A stretch of 5,985 bases of DNA from the IMG/VR virus record IMGVR_UViG_2693429582_000012, one strand, 5' to 3'. Origin of the DNA: a virus (Duplodnaviria > Heunggongvirae > Uroviricota > Caudoviricetes). Shown piece by piece: positions 1-5,985 of this stretch; position 1 is the stretch's first letter; every line of letters begins with the position of its first letter. The position numbers were made by a program, and so were the translations under genes. The notes under the pieces are model-generated. The model was not told where the DNA came from and searched no databases. It saw only the letters and a program-made list of their open reading frames with translations.

Positions 1-24
1 AAGACCATGAAGCTTGCTGCTCAT
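1..24 (-). CDS. 5' end of an unidentified leftward ORF (MSSKLHGL...), cut by the window edge
   Basis: ATG at 24..22 on the minus strand with a G5 run 4 nt upstream, 22 nt downstream of the YdaT-like stop. Only 8 codons are visible, so this is weak. Confidence 0.25.
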
Positions 25-46
25 AAAACCCCCGAACACCGTGCTT

Positions 47-472
47 TTAGTGCATCACCACAGCATTCCCTGCCGGGCCGCCGCGATTCATCTGGTCATA
101 CAAAACAACCGCTGACGCAACAAAATCATCGACATCCTTCACCAGCCGATCCCTCCGTTCGACGATCTCACGGTAATATTCAGAACTGTGACTGCGCATA
201 CGGGCCACCAGCAAAGGCGGCATCGCCTTTTCGATCGCCGGTAACAGCGCCTGAATTTTTTCAACCGCATCAGGCGTATCCTTCTCCACCCAGCGGAAAA
301 TTTTCTGGGTATTACGGGCCAGGGCTTCCGGATGGCTGTCGTCGTACAGTTCCGGGAACGTCATCCCAAGTTCGAAATAAGTCCGGGCTATTTCAGCTGC
401 AGGCACTTTCTCACCATCAGGATATGCCCAGGCATTCATCGCCATGCGGATGTGTTCATGTTTGATTTTCAT
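47..472 (-). CDS. ydaT: YdaT-like (cII-like) prophage protein, 141 aa
   Basis: Complete ORF beginning MKIKHEHI and ending VVMH, which I recall as characteristic of E. coli Rac YdaT. GGAG lies 7 nt upstream of the ATG (minus 483..480). Its start overlaps the upstream Cro-like gene by 17 nt, indicating an operon. Family assignment is from memory, not a search. Confidence 0.75.
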   Translation of the reverse strand: MKIKHEHIRMAMNAWAYPDGEKVPAAEIARTYFELGMTFPELYDDSHPEALARNTQKIFRWVEKDTPDAVEKIQALLPAIEKAMPPLLVARMRSHSSEYYREIVERRDRLVKDVDDFVASAVVLYDQMNRGGPAGNAVVMH

Positions 473-731
473 GAATCAACTCCGGTGTATTTTGTGTGTT
501 AGCCTTATCTCCAGCAGGCAACCCGTCGGTTGGATTCGGATATAAATCTGGTCGCAATTCATGAGGAGTCACCCCAGTTGCAATATAAATTTGACGAACC
601 CGCTCCCCTGTCGGCACTCGACCATTGTATTCATTTGCCCATTTGTGTATTTGAGACGGCCAAGCCCCTATTGCACGCCCTAGCGGACGAATACCACCAG
701 CAATCTTTATTGCCTTGTCCAATGCTGTCAT
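456..731 (-). CDS. ydaS: Cro-like HTH DNA-binding protein, YdaS family, 91 aa
   Basis: ORF with GGAGG (minus 740..736) 4 nt upstream of ATG 731..729. The translation has a Cro/YdaS-like helix-turn-helix segment (LGRAIGAWPSQIHKW) and the HELRPDLYP motif I recall from YdaS-family proteins. It is divergent from the repressor gene. Confidence 0.8.
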   Translation of the reverse strand: MTALDKAIKIAGGIRPLGRAIGAWPSQIHKWANEYNGRVPTGERVRQIYIATGVTPHELRPDLYPNPTDGLPAGDKANTQNTPELIHENQT

Positions 732-758
732 ACAACCTCCAATTCAATCAGCCACAAC

Positions 759-787
759 ATTGTTCACTTAAAGAGAACATAAGTCAA
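759..787 (-). promoter_or_regulatory. Predicted leftward sigma70 promoter for the cro-like/ydaT-like operon
   Basis: On the minus strand: -35 TTGACT (787..782), 17-nt spacer, -10 AACAAT (764..759). This gives a transcript start about 20 nt upstream of the GGAGG RBS. Prediction from sequence only. Confidence 0.45.
761..779. promoter_or_regulatory. Putative operator: palindrome TGTTC-N9-GAACA (TGTTCACTTAAAGAGAACA)
   Basis: Perfect 5-bp inverted half-sites separated by 9 bp, overlapping the spacer and -10 of the leftward promoter. A near-identical 19-mer recurs at 1297..1315. Confidence 0.5.
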
Positions 788-799
788 CACTACGAGGAA

Positions 800-827
800 T
801 TGTTAGTGTTCACTGAACGGTTATAAT
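800..827 (+). promoter_or_regulatory. Predicted rightward promoter for the repressor gene (PRM-like), probably giving a leaderless mRNA
   Basis: -35 TTGTTA (800..805), 16-nt spacer, perfect -10 TATAAT (822..827). The repressor ATG at 834 is 7 nt after the -10 and has no Shine-Dalgarno, so transcript start and start codon would coincide. Confidence 0.45.
808..818. promoter_or_regulatory. Putative operator variant: palindrome GTTCA-C-TGAAC
   Basis: Perfect 11-bp palindrome sharing the TGTTCA half-site with the 761..779 and 1297..1315 sites, but with different half-site spacing. It sits in the spacer of the predicted repressor promoter. Confidence 0.35.
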
Positions 828-833
828 TGCTAA

Positions 834-1223
834 ATGGACATGAGAAAAAAGCAATACGACACCCCGCTGGCAGAAAGGTTAGATACGATCTCGCAACAGC
901 ATCATTTAAGCGGTTCAGATTTAGCGCGCATCGCTGGTGTAGGACGCTCATCAGTCAACGCCTGGAAAAAAAGAGGGACAATCAGTAAAGATTCCGCAGC
1001 CAAAATTGCAGAAGCGACAAATGTTTCCCTTTCCTGGCTACTGACAGGAAAAGAAGATACAAACAGAGAGGCGCTTGATGATGATGAGAAAGCCCTGCTT
1101 GATGTTTACAGAAACCTGCCACCTGTAGAGCGTAGAAATATGCTGGCAGCTTTTCAAATGCGCCTTCAAAAACTGACCGAATTTTACTCAGAATACGTTG
1201 ACCCAATAACGCGACAAAAATAA
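834..1223 (+). CDS. Prophage repressor, XRE/CI-type HTH (RacR/DicA-like), 129 aa
   Basis: ORF with an N-terminal HTH (LSGSDLARIAGVGRSSVNAWKKRG). The C-terminal stretch LLDVYRNLPPVERRNMLAAFQMRL resembles, from memory, the C-terminal region of E. coli DicA-type short repressors. It is divergent from the cro-like gene and followed by an intrinsic terminator. An alternative start at ATG 840 is possible. Confidence 0.85.
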   Translation: MDMRKKQYDTPLAERLDTISQQHHLSGSDLARIAGVGRSSVNAWKKRGTISKDSAAKIAEATNVSLSWLLTGKEDTNREALDDDEKALLDVYRNLPPVERRNMLAAFQMRLQKLTEFYSEYVDPITRQK

Positions 1224-1244
1224 TTCTTTATTTTACAAAACAAT

Positions 1245-1267
1245 ACCGCCGGAAGGCGGTTTTTTTT
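1245..1267 (+). terminator. Rho-independent terminator after the repressor gene
   Basis: Stem ACCGCC (1245..1250), loop GGAA, GGCGGT (1255..1260), followed directly by a run of 8 T (1260..1267). Confidence 0.75.
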
Positions 1268-1288
1268 GCCTCTTGCGCATTCACAATG

Positions 1289-1317
1289 TTGACATATGTT
1301 CATCTTAAGAGAACAAT
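1289..1317 (+). promoter_or_regulatory. Predicted rightward early promoter (PL-like) with embedded operator
   Basis: -35 TTGACA (1289..1294), 17-nt spacer, -10 AACAAT (1312..1317). This is the same architecture and nearly the same sequence as the leftward promoter at 759..787. Confidence 0.5.
1297..1315. promoter_or_regulatory. Putative operator: palindrome TGTTC-N9-GAACA (TGTTCATCTTAAGAGAACA)
   Basis: Second copy of the 19-bp palindrome, overlapping the spacer and -10 of the predicted early promoter. Confidence 0.5.
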
Positions 1318-1391
1318 ATATCCCATCAAAGCACAACGGTGCGACAGGTCTTAGTTCCGCCCCCCCGGCGTTAAGGGCAAATGAGGTCAAC

Positions 1392-1544
1392 ATGGATACG
1401 CTCAATCTTGGCAACAACGAATCTCTGGTATGTGGCGTGTTCCCCAACCAGGACGGTACGTTCACCGCGATGACGTATACCAAAAGCAAAACGTTTAAAA
1501 CTGAAGCTGGCGCGCGTCGCTGGTTAGCCAGAAACACTGACTGA
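1392..1544 (+). CDS. Small prophage protein, 50 aa (possibly YdaF/DUF1391-like)
   Basis: GAGG (1383..1386) 5 nt upstream of ATG 1392. The longer ORF from 1296 would start inside the predicted promoter and has no RBS, so the internal start is preferred. The YdaF-like assignment is a tentative recollection. Confidence 0.55.
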   Translation: MDTLNLGNNESLVCGVFPNQDGTFTAMTYTKSKTFKTEAGARRWLARNTD

Positions 1545-1555
1545 TGAGGTTGACG

Positions 1556-2194
1556 ATGGAATTTAAAGATTTACCTCCTTCAATCCAGGAGATTGCAGCA
1601 CACACACTTCGTCATCGTCTGAACGAACTTGAATTGGAATCGGTAACGAAAAAAGACACTGATAATATGGCTCGTAATGTGCGCGATGCGTTTACCGGAT
1701 TGTATTTCTGTGCGTCTATAAATAAACACGACTCAGAGAGTGTGGCAAATAAAATTGCAGAAACGACAGCGCAAAACATCAATACGAAACCAACGGAAGA
1801 AGAAATTGATCAGTTTGCTCATGATGCTGGTTTAAAAAACAAGAAAGAAAAATCGCCATATGCGGGGAACATGTTTGTTTATGACAATCTCATCAGAATT
1901 CGTGGCGAAATTCCGGCGGAATACCTGGCAAGAGTCCATCAGGCATTGCTTAAAAATTTGGAAACAGAATTATTTGATGGCAACACTAACGGTTTCTTCA
2001 TGGTATCAGGCCTTGAGAAAGACTGGGATGCAGAAAAACGCTGGAATGTTGCTACATGGTTATTCAGTAACAGAGCCGCTGCACTGGAAGCTTCGGCATG
2101 TATTTGCGGCCTGTTCTTAACAGACCACAAATATAATCTGGATGTGTACAGTTATATTTACGCTGAACACGGTCCACTCTGGATTGACTGGTAA
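1556..2194 (+). CDS. Hypothetical protein, 212 aa (216 aa if started at ATG 1544); unknown function, AT-rich
   Basis: Long ORF with GAGG (1546..1549) 6 nt upstream of ATG 1556. ATG 1544 overlaps the upstream stop (TGATG) as an alternative start. No recognisable catalytic or nucleotide-binding motif. By eye about 40% GC, lower than its neighbours. Confidence 0.75.
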   Translation: MEFKDLPPSIQEIAAHTLRHRLNELELESVTKKDTDNMARNVRDAFTGLYFCASINKHDSESVANKIAETTAQNINTKPTEEEIDQFAHDAGLKNKKEKSPYAGNMFVYDNLIRIRGEIPAEYLARVHQALLKNLETELFDGNTNGFFMVSGLEKDWDAEKRWNVATWLFSNRAAALEASACICGLFLTDHKYNLDVYSYIYAEHGPLWIDW

Positions 2195-2404
2195 TTATAA
2201 GGAAACACCAGCAGGGCCGCGGCGACCAACAGAACGATTAAAATCAATAATGCCATTATAAAGGACATTATTTAATTTATCGTCGAATGCTGATTCTGTG
2301 AGCCTCAACTCTGAATGAGTTTTTAATAACCCTGATTGCCTGAGTTGATTTACCAGGCATTCAATCTGTTTTTCAATAAGCGGATTTCTTTTTTTGTTTG
2401 GCAT
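2195..2404 (-). CDS. Hypothetical protein, 69 aa, convergent with the 216-aa gene
   Basis: GGAGG (minus 2414..2410) 5 nt upstream of ATG 2404..2402, preferred over the upstream ATG at 2416 which has no RBS. AT-rich, no family recognised. Confidence 0.5.
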   Translation of the reverse strand: MPNKKRNPLIEKQIECLVNQLRQSGLLKTHSELRLTESAFDDKLNNVLYNGIIDFNRSVGRRGPAGVSL

Positions 2405-2755
2405 TTTATCCTCCATTGAGGTTCTGGGTTAAAAATGGAGACCAACACGCTGTCACGTGTGGTCGTGCGCCGGACACGGATAAGAATCCGGTACTGACAG
2501 TTTACTGAAAGGATATTTCCCTGAAAAGTCAGGGCATAACGCGAAAGCGTACGGCGAAGCTCTTTCCCTTAGAAGGCTTGTCGTTAGATTTCTTCGAACG
2601 TGCGCTTCCGGTTGTGGCACTCCGCGAAATGGCGCGGCGGTAAGTATGGCGGGGTTATTCCTTCCCCTTGAGGACACCGGGTTGTCAGGTTGACCATACG
2701 CTTAAGTGACAACCCCGCTGCAACGCCCTCTGTTATCAATTTTCTGGTGACGTTT

Positions 2756-2798
2756 GGCGGTATCAGTTTTACTCCGTGGCTGCTCTGCCGCCCTTTTT
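2756..2798 (+). terminator. Possible intrinsic terminator-like element
   Basis: GGCGG (2756..2760) and CAG (2764..2766) pair with CTG (2785..2787) and CCGCC (2788..2792), with a 3-nt bulge and an 18-nt loop, followed by T5 (2794..2798). The stem is imperfect, so this is weak. Confidence 0.3.
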
Positions 2799-2802
2799 AA
2801 AG

Positions 2803-2950
2803 TGAATTTTGTGATGCGGTGAATGCGGCTAAGCGCACGCGGAACAGTTAAAACCAAAAACAGTGTTATGGGTGGATTCTCTGTATCCGGCGTTAATTGT
2901 TAACTGGTTAACGTCACCTGGAGGCACCAGGTACCGCATCACAAAATTCA
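2803..2950. repeat. 18-bp perfect inverted repeat pair flanking 112 bp
   Basis: 2803..2820 TGAATTTTGTGATGCGGT is the exact reverse complement of 2933..2950 ACCGCATCACAAAATTCA, checked base by base. Confidence 0.85.
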
Positions 2951-2967
2951 TTGTTGAGGACGCGATA

Positions 2968-3156
2968 ATGGAAACGTTATTACCAAACGTTAATACGTCT
3001 GAAGGTTGTTTTGATATTGGTGTTCTGCTCAGTAACCGGGAGTTTACTGAAGATGCCATTAATATGAGAAAATATGAGCCTTATCTGCTCAATGATAATT
3101 CCATACTTTCCCGAATTGCTCTTCTTGAACTTGGTATTTTCGGAGAACGTCAATGA
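2968..3156 (+). CDS. Small hypothetical protein, 62 aa
   Basis: GAGGA (2956..2960) 7 nt upstream of ATG 2968. The longer frame from GTG 2863 has no RBS and would run through the inverted-repeat region. Confidence 0.55.
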   Translation: METLLPNVNTSEGCFDIGVLLSNREFTEDAINMRKYEPYLLNDNSILSRIALLELGIFGERQ

Positions 3157-3344
3157 CTTCAGCATTTGCACTGATGATGACGGTTTTTCTTATAACGGGT
3201 GAATCACAGAATGTGATTACCGGAATTTATGCCAGTAAAGAATCCTGCCTCCAGGCAAGAGACGAGCAAAAAATTTCTGGTGAATGCCTCCCGGTAAAAA
3301 AAAAAGTATCGCTGTACCTGAATAACGAAACACCGGCTGGATAA
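3153..3344 (+). CDS. Small hypothetical protein, 63 aa, with N-terminal hydrophobic segment
   Basis: ATG 3153 overlaps the upstream stop (ATGA), with GGAG (3142..3145) 7 nt upstream. The N-terminus MTSAFALMMTVFLITG is hydrophobic, suggesting a signal or membrane anchor; two Cys residues follow. Confidence 0.55.
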   Translation: MTSAFALMMTVFLITGESQNVITGIYASKESCLQARDEQKISGECLPVKKKVSLYLNNETPAG

Positions 3345-3436
3345 CCCTCCAGCCATATTAACACCATACCAACGGATTAAAAATGCCAGCAATGGCAGGG
3401 ATTTGTTCACCCTTAAATCTGTAATGAGGTTTATCA

Positions 3437-5881
3437 ATGAGCACTGATAAAGAAGAATTTGCGCTATATTGCGAAGCAAAAAATGACAAAGTCAGAAAAC
3501 GTCTGGGAATTAAAGGTGGTTTTTACTGGACTACAGCAAAAAAATTATCTGTTGCCATCTCCCGCTGCATTACCGCAATGGATGACAACGATTATGATGA
3601 AGACGACTTTAAAAAACCCGTTCGCGTCCATTTACCCGTTGTGAATGACCTTCCACCTGAAGGCGTGTTTGATACCGAATTCTGCAACCGATACGAAAAA
3701 GGCGGGGAAGATGGCATTACAATGGTATTTATCGCGCCCTCTCCCTCCGTGCAGGAGAAACCAGCCAGTACTGACAATACCAACGTCAACAGCGAAGACA
3801 TGACGGAGATTGAGGAGAATATGCTCCTGCCGGTTTCTGGTCAGGAGCTGCCCATTCGCTGGCTTGCGCAACACGGCAGCGAAAAACCAGTAACGCACGT
3901 TGCACGGGAAGAACTTCAGGCATTACATATAGCACGGGCGGAAGAACTGCCTGCTGTTACTGCCCTGGCCATTTCTCACAAAACAAAGCTGCTCGACCCG
4001 CTGGAGATTCGCGACCTTCACAAACTGGTACGCGACACAGACAAAGTTTTCCCTAATCCCGTTAATTCCAGTCTGGGGTTAATGACTGCTTTTTTCGAAG
4101 CATACCTGGACGCTGACTATACCGATCGAGGTCTGCTGACAAAAGAGTGGATGAAAGGAAATCGTGTTTTACGCATCAGCCGCACGCCATCCGGCGCTAA
4201 TGCTGGCGGAGGAATTCTTACCGATCGCGGTGAAGGTTTTGTCCACGATAATGCGTCAGTGGAACGTGACGTTGCCGCTGGCGTTCTGGCCCGTTCAATG
4301 GACATCGATATTTACAATCCACATCCGGCACACGCCAAACGCATTGAAGAAATCGTTTCAGAGAATAAGCCGCCCTTTTCTGTTTTTCGTGACAAATTCA
4401 TCGCCATGCCTGGTCACCTGGATTATTCCCGCGCGATAGTGGTTGCGTCCGTGAAAGAAGCACCAATTGGTATCGAGGCTACTCCCCACCGTGTTACCGA
4501 ATATCTGAACAAAGTACTGACCGAAACCGACCATGCCAACCCTGATCCAGAAATCGTGGATATTGCCTGCGGTCGCTCCTCTGCTCCAATGCCGCAGCGT
4601 GTAACAAAAGAAGGAAAACAGGATGATGAAGAAAAACCGCAGCCATCTGGCGCAATGGCAGATGAACAGGCAACGACTGAAGCAGTGGAACCGGATACAA
4701 CTGAACATAATCAGGACACGCAGTCGATGGATGCTCAGCCACAGATAAATTCTGTTGATGCGAAATATCAGAAACTGCGGGCAGAACTCCATGAAGCCCG
4801 GAAAAACATTCCGCCCCAAAATCCTGTCGATGCAGACAAATTACTGGCTGCCTCTCGCGGAGAATTTGTTGAAGGGATTAGCGACCCGAATGATCCGAAA
4901 TGGATTAAGGGGATCCAGACCCGCGATTCTGTGTACCAGAATCAGCCAGAAACGGAACAGAACGACCAGAAAGCGGAACAGAACAGCCCAAATACGCAAC
5001 AAAACGAGCCAGAAACGAAACAACCTGAACCAGTAGTGCAACAGGAACCGGAAAAGATCTGCACCGCCTGCGGTCAGAGGAGTGGCGGCAACTGCCCTGA
5101 TTGTGGCGCGGTGATGGGCGACGCAACATACCAGGAAACATTCGATGACAAGAACCTGGTTGAAGTTCAGGAAGACGATTCGGAGAAAATGGAAGGCGCT
5201 GAACATCCACACAAGGAGAATGCTGGCAGCGCTCAGGACCACGCCAGCGATAGTGAAACTGGCGAGACAGCAGATCCCTTAATTACGGTGAACGGTCATC
5301 GCATTATCACATCCACCCGCAGGTTGTGGCACCATCTGATGATTGACCTTGAAACAATGGGCAAAAATCCTGACGCACCAATAGCCTCAATAGGCGCTGT
5401 ATTTTTCGATCCACAAACCGGAGAGCAGGGGCCTGAATTCAGCAAAATAATTGATATGGGTACATGTGGCGGCACTGTAGACATAAGCACCATCGAATGG
5501 TGGCTTCAACGCTCTGGCGAAGCCCGTGCCGCCATTTTAGCTGATCGAATACCGCTTGATGATGCGCTTTTACAATTACGGGAATTTATAGACGAAAACT
5601 CCGGTGAATTTTTTGTCCAGGTCTGGGGAAATGGAGCCAACTTCGACAACACGATTTTGCGCCGTTCATACGAACGGCAGGGGATCCCCTGCCCGTGGCG
5701 TTGCTACAACGATCGCGATGTACGCACAATCGTTGAGCTGGGGAAAGCCATAGACTTCGATGCCAGAACTGCTATCCCATTCGAAGGTGAGCGCCATAAT
5801 GCACTTGATGACGCCCGTTACCAGGCAAAATACGTTTCAGTTATCTGGCAAAAACTGATCCCGAATCAGGCTGATTTTTAA
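3437..5881 (+). CDS. recE: RecE-like recombination exonuclease, 814 aa: RecE-type N-terminal region fused to a C-terminal DEDDh 3'-5' exonuclease domain
   Basis: GAGG 7 nt upstream of ATG 3437. Long stretches (for example [42 protein letters not shown] and [17 protein letters not shown]) match my recollection of E. coli Rac RecE (exonuclease VIII) N-terminal sequence. The last ~190 aa instead carry DnaQ-like motifs: LMIDLETMG (D637, E639), NFDNTIL (D737), [13 protein letters not shown] (H787, D792). Confidence 0.9.
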   Translation: MSTDKEEFALYCEAKNDKVRKRLGIKGGFYWTTAKKLSVAISRCITAMDDNDYDEDDFKKPVRVHLPVVNDLPPEGVFDTEFCNRYEKGGEDGITMVFIAPSPSVQEKPASTDNTNVNSEDMTEIEENMLLPVSGQELPIRWLAQHGSEKPVTHVAREELQALHIARAEELPAVTALAISHKTKLLDPLEIRDLHKLVRDTDKVFPNPVNSSLGLMTAFFEAYLDADYTDRGLLTKEWMKGNRVLRISRTPSGANAGGGILTDRGEGFVHDNASVERDVAAGVLARSMDIDIYNPHPAHAKRIEEIVSENKPPFSVFRDKFIAMPGHLDYSRAIVVASVKEAPIGIEATPHRVTEYLNKVLTETDHANPDPEIVDIACGRSSAPMPQRVTKEGKQDDEEKPQPSGAMADEQATTEAVEPDTTEHNQDTQSMDAQPQINSVDAKYQKLRAELHEARKNIPPQNPVDADKLLAASRGEFVEGISDPNDPKWIKGIQTRDSVYQNQPETEQNDQKAEQNSPNTQQNEPETKQPEPVVQQEPEKICTACGQRSGGNCPDCGAVMGDATYQETFDDKNLVEVQEDDSEKMEGAEHPHKENAGSAQDHASDSETGETADPLITVNGHRIITSTRRLWHHLMIDLETMGKNPDAPIASIGAVFFDPQTGEQGPEFSKIIDMGTCGGTVDISTIEWWLQRSGEARAAILADRIPLDDALLQLREFIDENSGEFFVQVWGNGANFDNTILRRSYERQGIPCPWRCYNDRDVRTIVELGKAIDFDARTAIPFEGERHNALDDARYQAKYVSVIWQKLIPNQADF

Positions 5882-5985
5882 TGTTCAACCCCGGTCGTTG
5901 CCCACCAGCTATAGTGGCGGCGACCATGATTAGCGAACGACGCTCATGGCAAGACTTATTCTGCTCACTGAGTGGGCAAAAGAGG
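5881..5985 (+). CDS. 5' end of a downstream ORF ([15 protein letters not shown]...), cut by the window edge
   Basis: ATG 5881 overlaps the RecE-like stop (TAATG), and the frame stays open to the end of the window. It has no clear RBS and no resemblance to the RecT or Bet N-termini I remember. Confidence 0.3.
   Translation, partial: MFNPGRCPPAIVAATMISERRSWQDLFCSLSGQKR

Noticed and set aside
7-465. 152-aa plus-strand ORF
   Set aside because: It is the antisense shadow of the YdaT-like gene, has a P/S/R-rich composition and no RBS; the minus-strand gene has a recognisable family signature and an RBS.
530-826. 98-aa plus-strand ORF
   Set aside because: It lies antisense to the cro-like gene and runs through the operator and promoter region; no RBS.
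1296-1391. N-terminal extension of the small early ORF (start at 1296)
   Set aside because: That start lies inside the predicted -35/-10 and operator and has no RBS; the ATG at 1392 has GAGG at the right spacing.
982-1537. Minus-strand ORFs 982..1206 and 1184..1537
   Set aside because: They lie antisense to the repressor gene and the small early gene, and cross the terminator and promoter; no RBS.
1538-1549. CTGATGAGG resembling a hammerhead ribozyme core
   Set aside because: It falls at a coding junction (stop, RBS and start) and lacks the accompanying GAAA-containing strand; a coincidental match.
1860-2130. ORFs 1860..2120 (+) and 1939..2130 (-) inside the 216-aa gene
   Set aside because: Alternative-frame and antisense ORFs within a longer, RBS-supported ORF.
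2417-2967. Retron msr-msd, tRNA or CRISPR array as explanations for the structured region
   Set aside because: No reverse-transcriptase ORF lies adjacent; no tRNA-like T-loop or cloverleaf; no regularly spaced direct repeats of CRISPR size. An uncharacterised structured RNA or small repeat element remains possible.
2453-3059. Minus-strand ORFs 2453..2677 and 2829..3059, and the GTG-initiated start of the plus ORF at 2863
   Set aside because: R/P-rich translations typical of GC-rich non-coding DNA, no RBS, and they cross the hairpins and inverted repeats. The plus ORF is better explained by the ATG at 2968, which has GAGGA upstream.
3384-3397. Hairpin TGCCA-GCAA-TGGCA between the 63-aa ORF and the recE-like gene
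   Set aside because: Short 5-bp stem with no following T-run; not sufficient to call a terminator or regulatory element.
3204-5493. Many short ORFs on both strands inside and near the recE-like gene (e.g. 3204..3479, 3592..3898, 4117..4819, 4841..5242, 5296..5493)
   Set aside because: All are nested in or antisense to the 814-aa ORF, which has an RBS and recognisable similarity along its length; none has an RBS or family resemblance.

Overview
This 5,985-bp window reads as the immunity-to-recombination segment of a Rac-like lambdoid prophage from an enterobacterium; all protein-family assignments are from reading the translations and from memory, not from any search. Left to right: (a) leftward Cro-like (YdaS-type) and cII-like (YdaT-type) genes; (b) a divergent rightward XRE/CI-type HTH repressor gene, with a compact divergent promoter region carrying a repeated operator palindrome TGTTC-N9-GAACA; (c) a clean intrinsic terminator, then a second copy of the same promoter-plus-operator module driving a rightward operon; (d) a 50-aa small protein, an AT-rich 216-aa protein of unknown function, and a convergent 69-aa ORF of unknown function; (e) about 550 bp of GC-rich, hairpin-dense sequence with no credible ORF, containing an 18-bp perfect inverted repeat pair flanking 112 bp; (f) two small translationally coupled ORFs; (g) an 814-aa RecE-like protein whose N-terminal ~600 aa resemble Rac RecE but whose C-terminal ~190 aa carry DEDDh 3'-5' exonuclease motifs. 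No tRNA, rRNA, CRISPR array, integrase or transposase is visible. The most interesting items are the RecE/DEDDh chimera, the AT-rich unknown gene pair, and the structured non-coding block with the inverted repeat.
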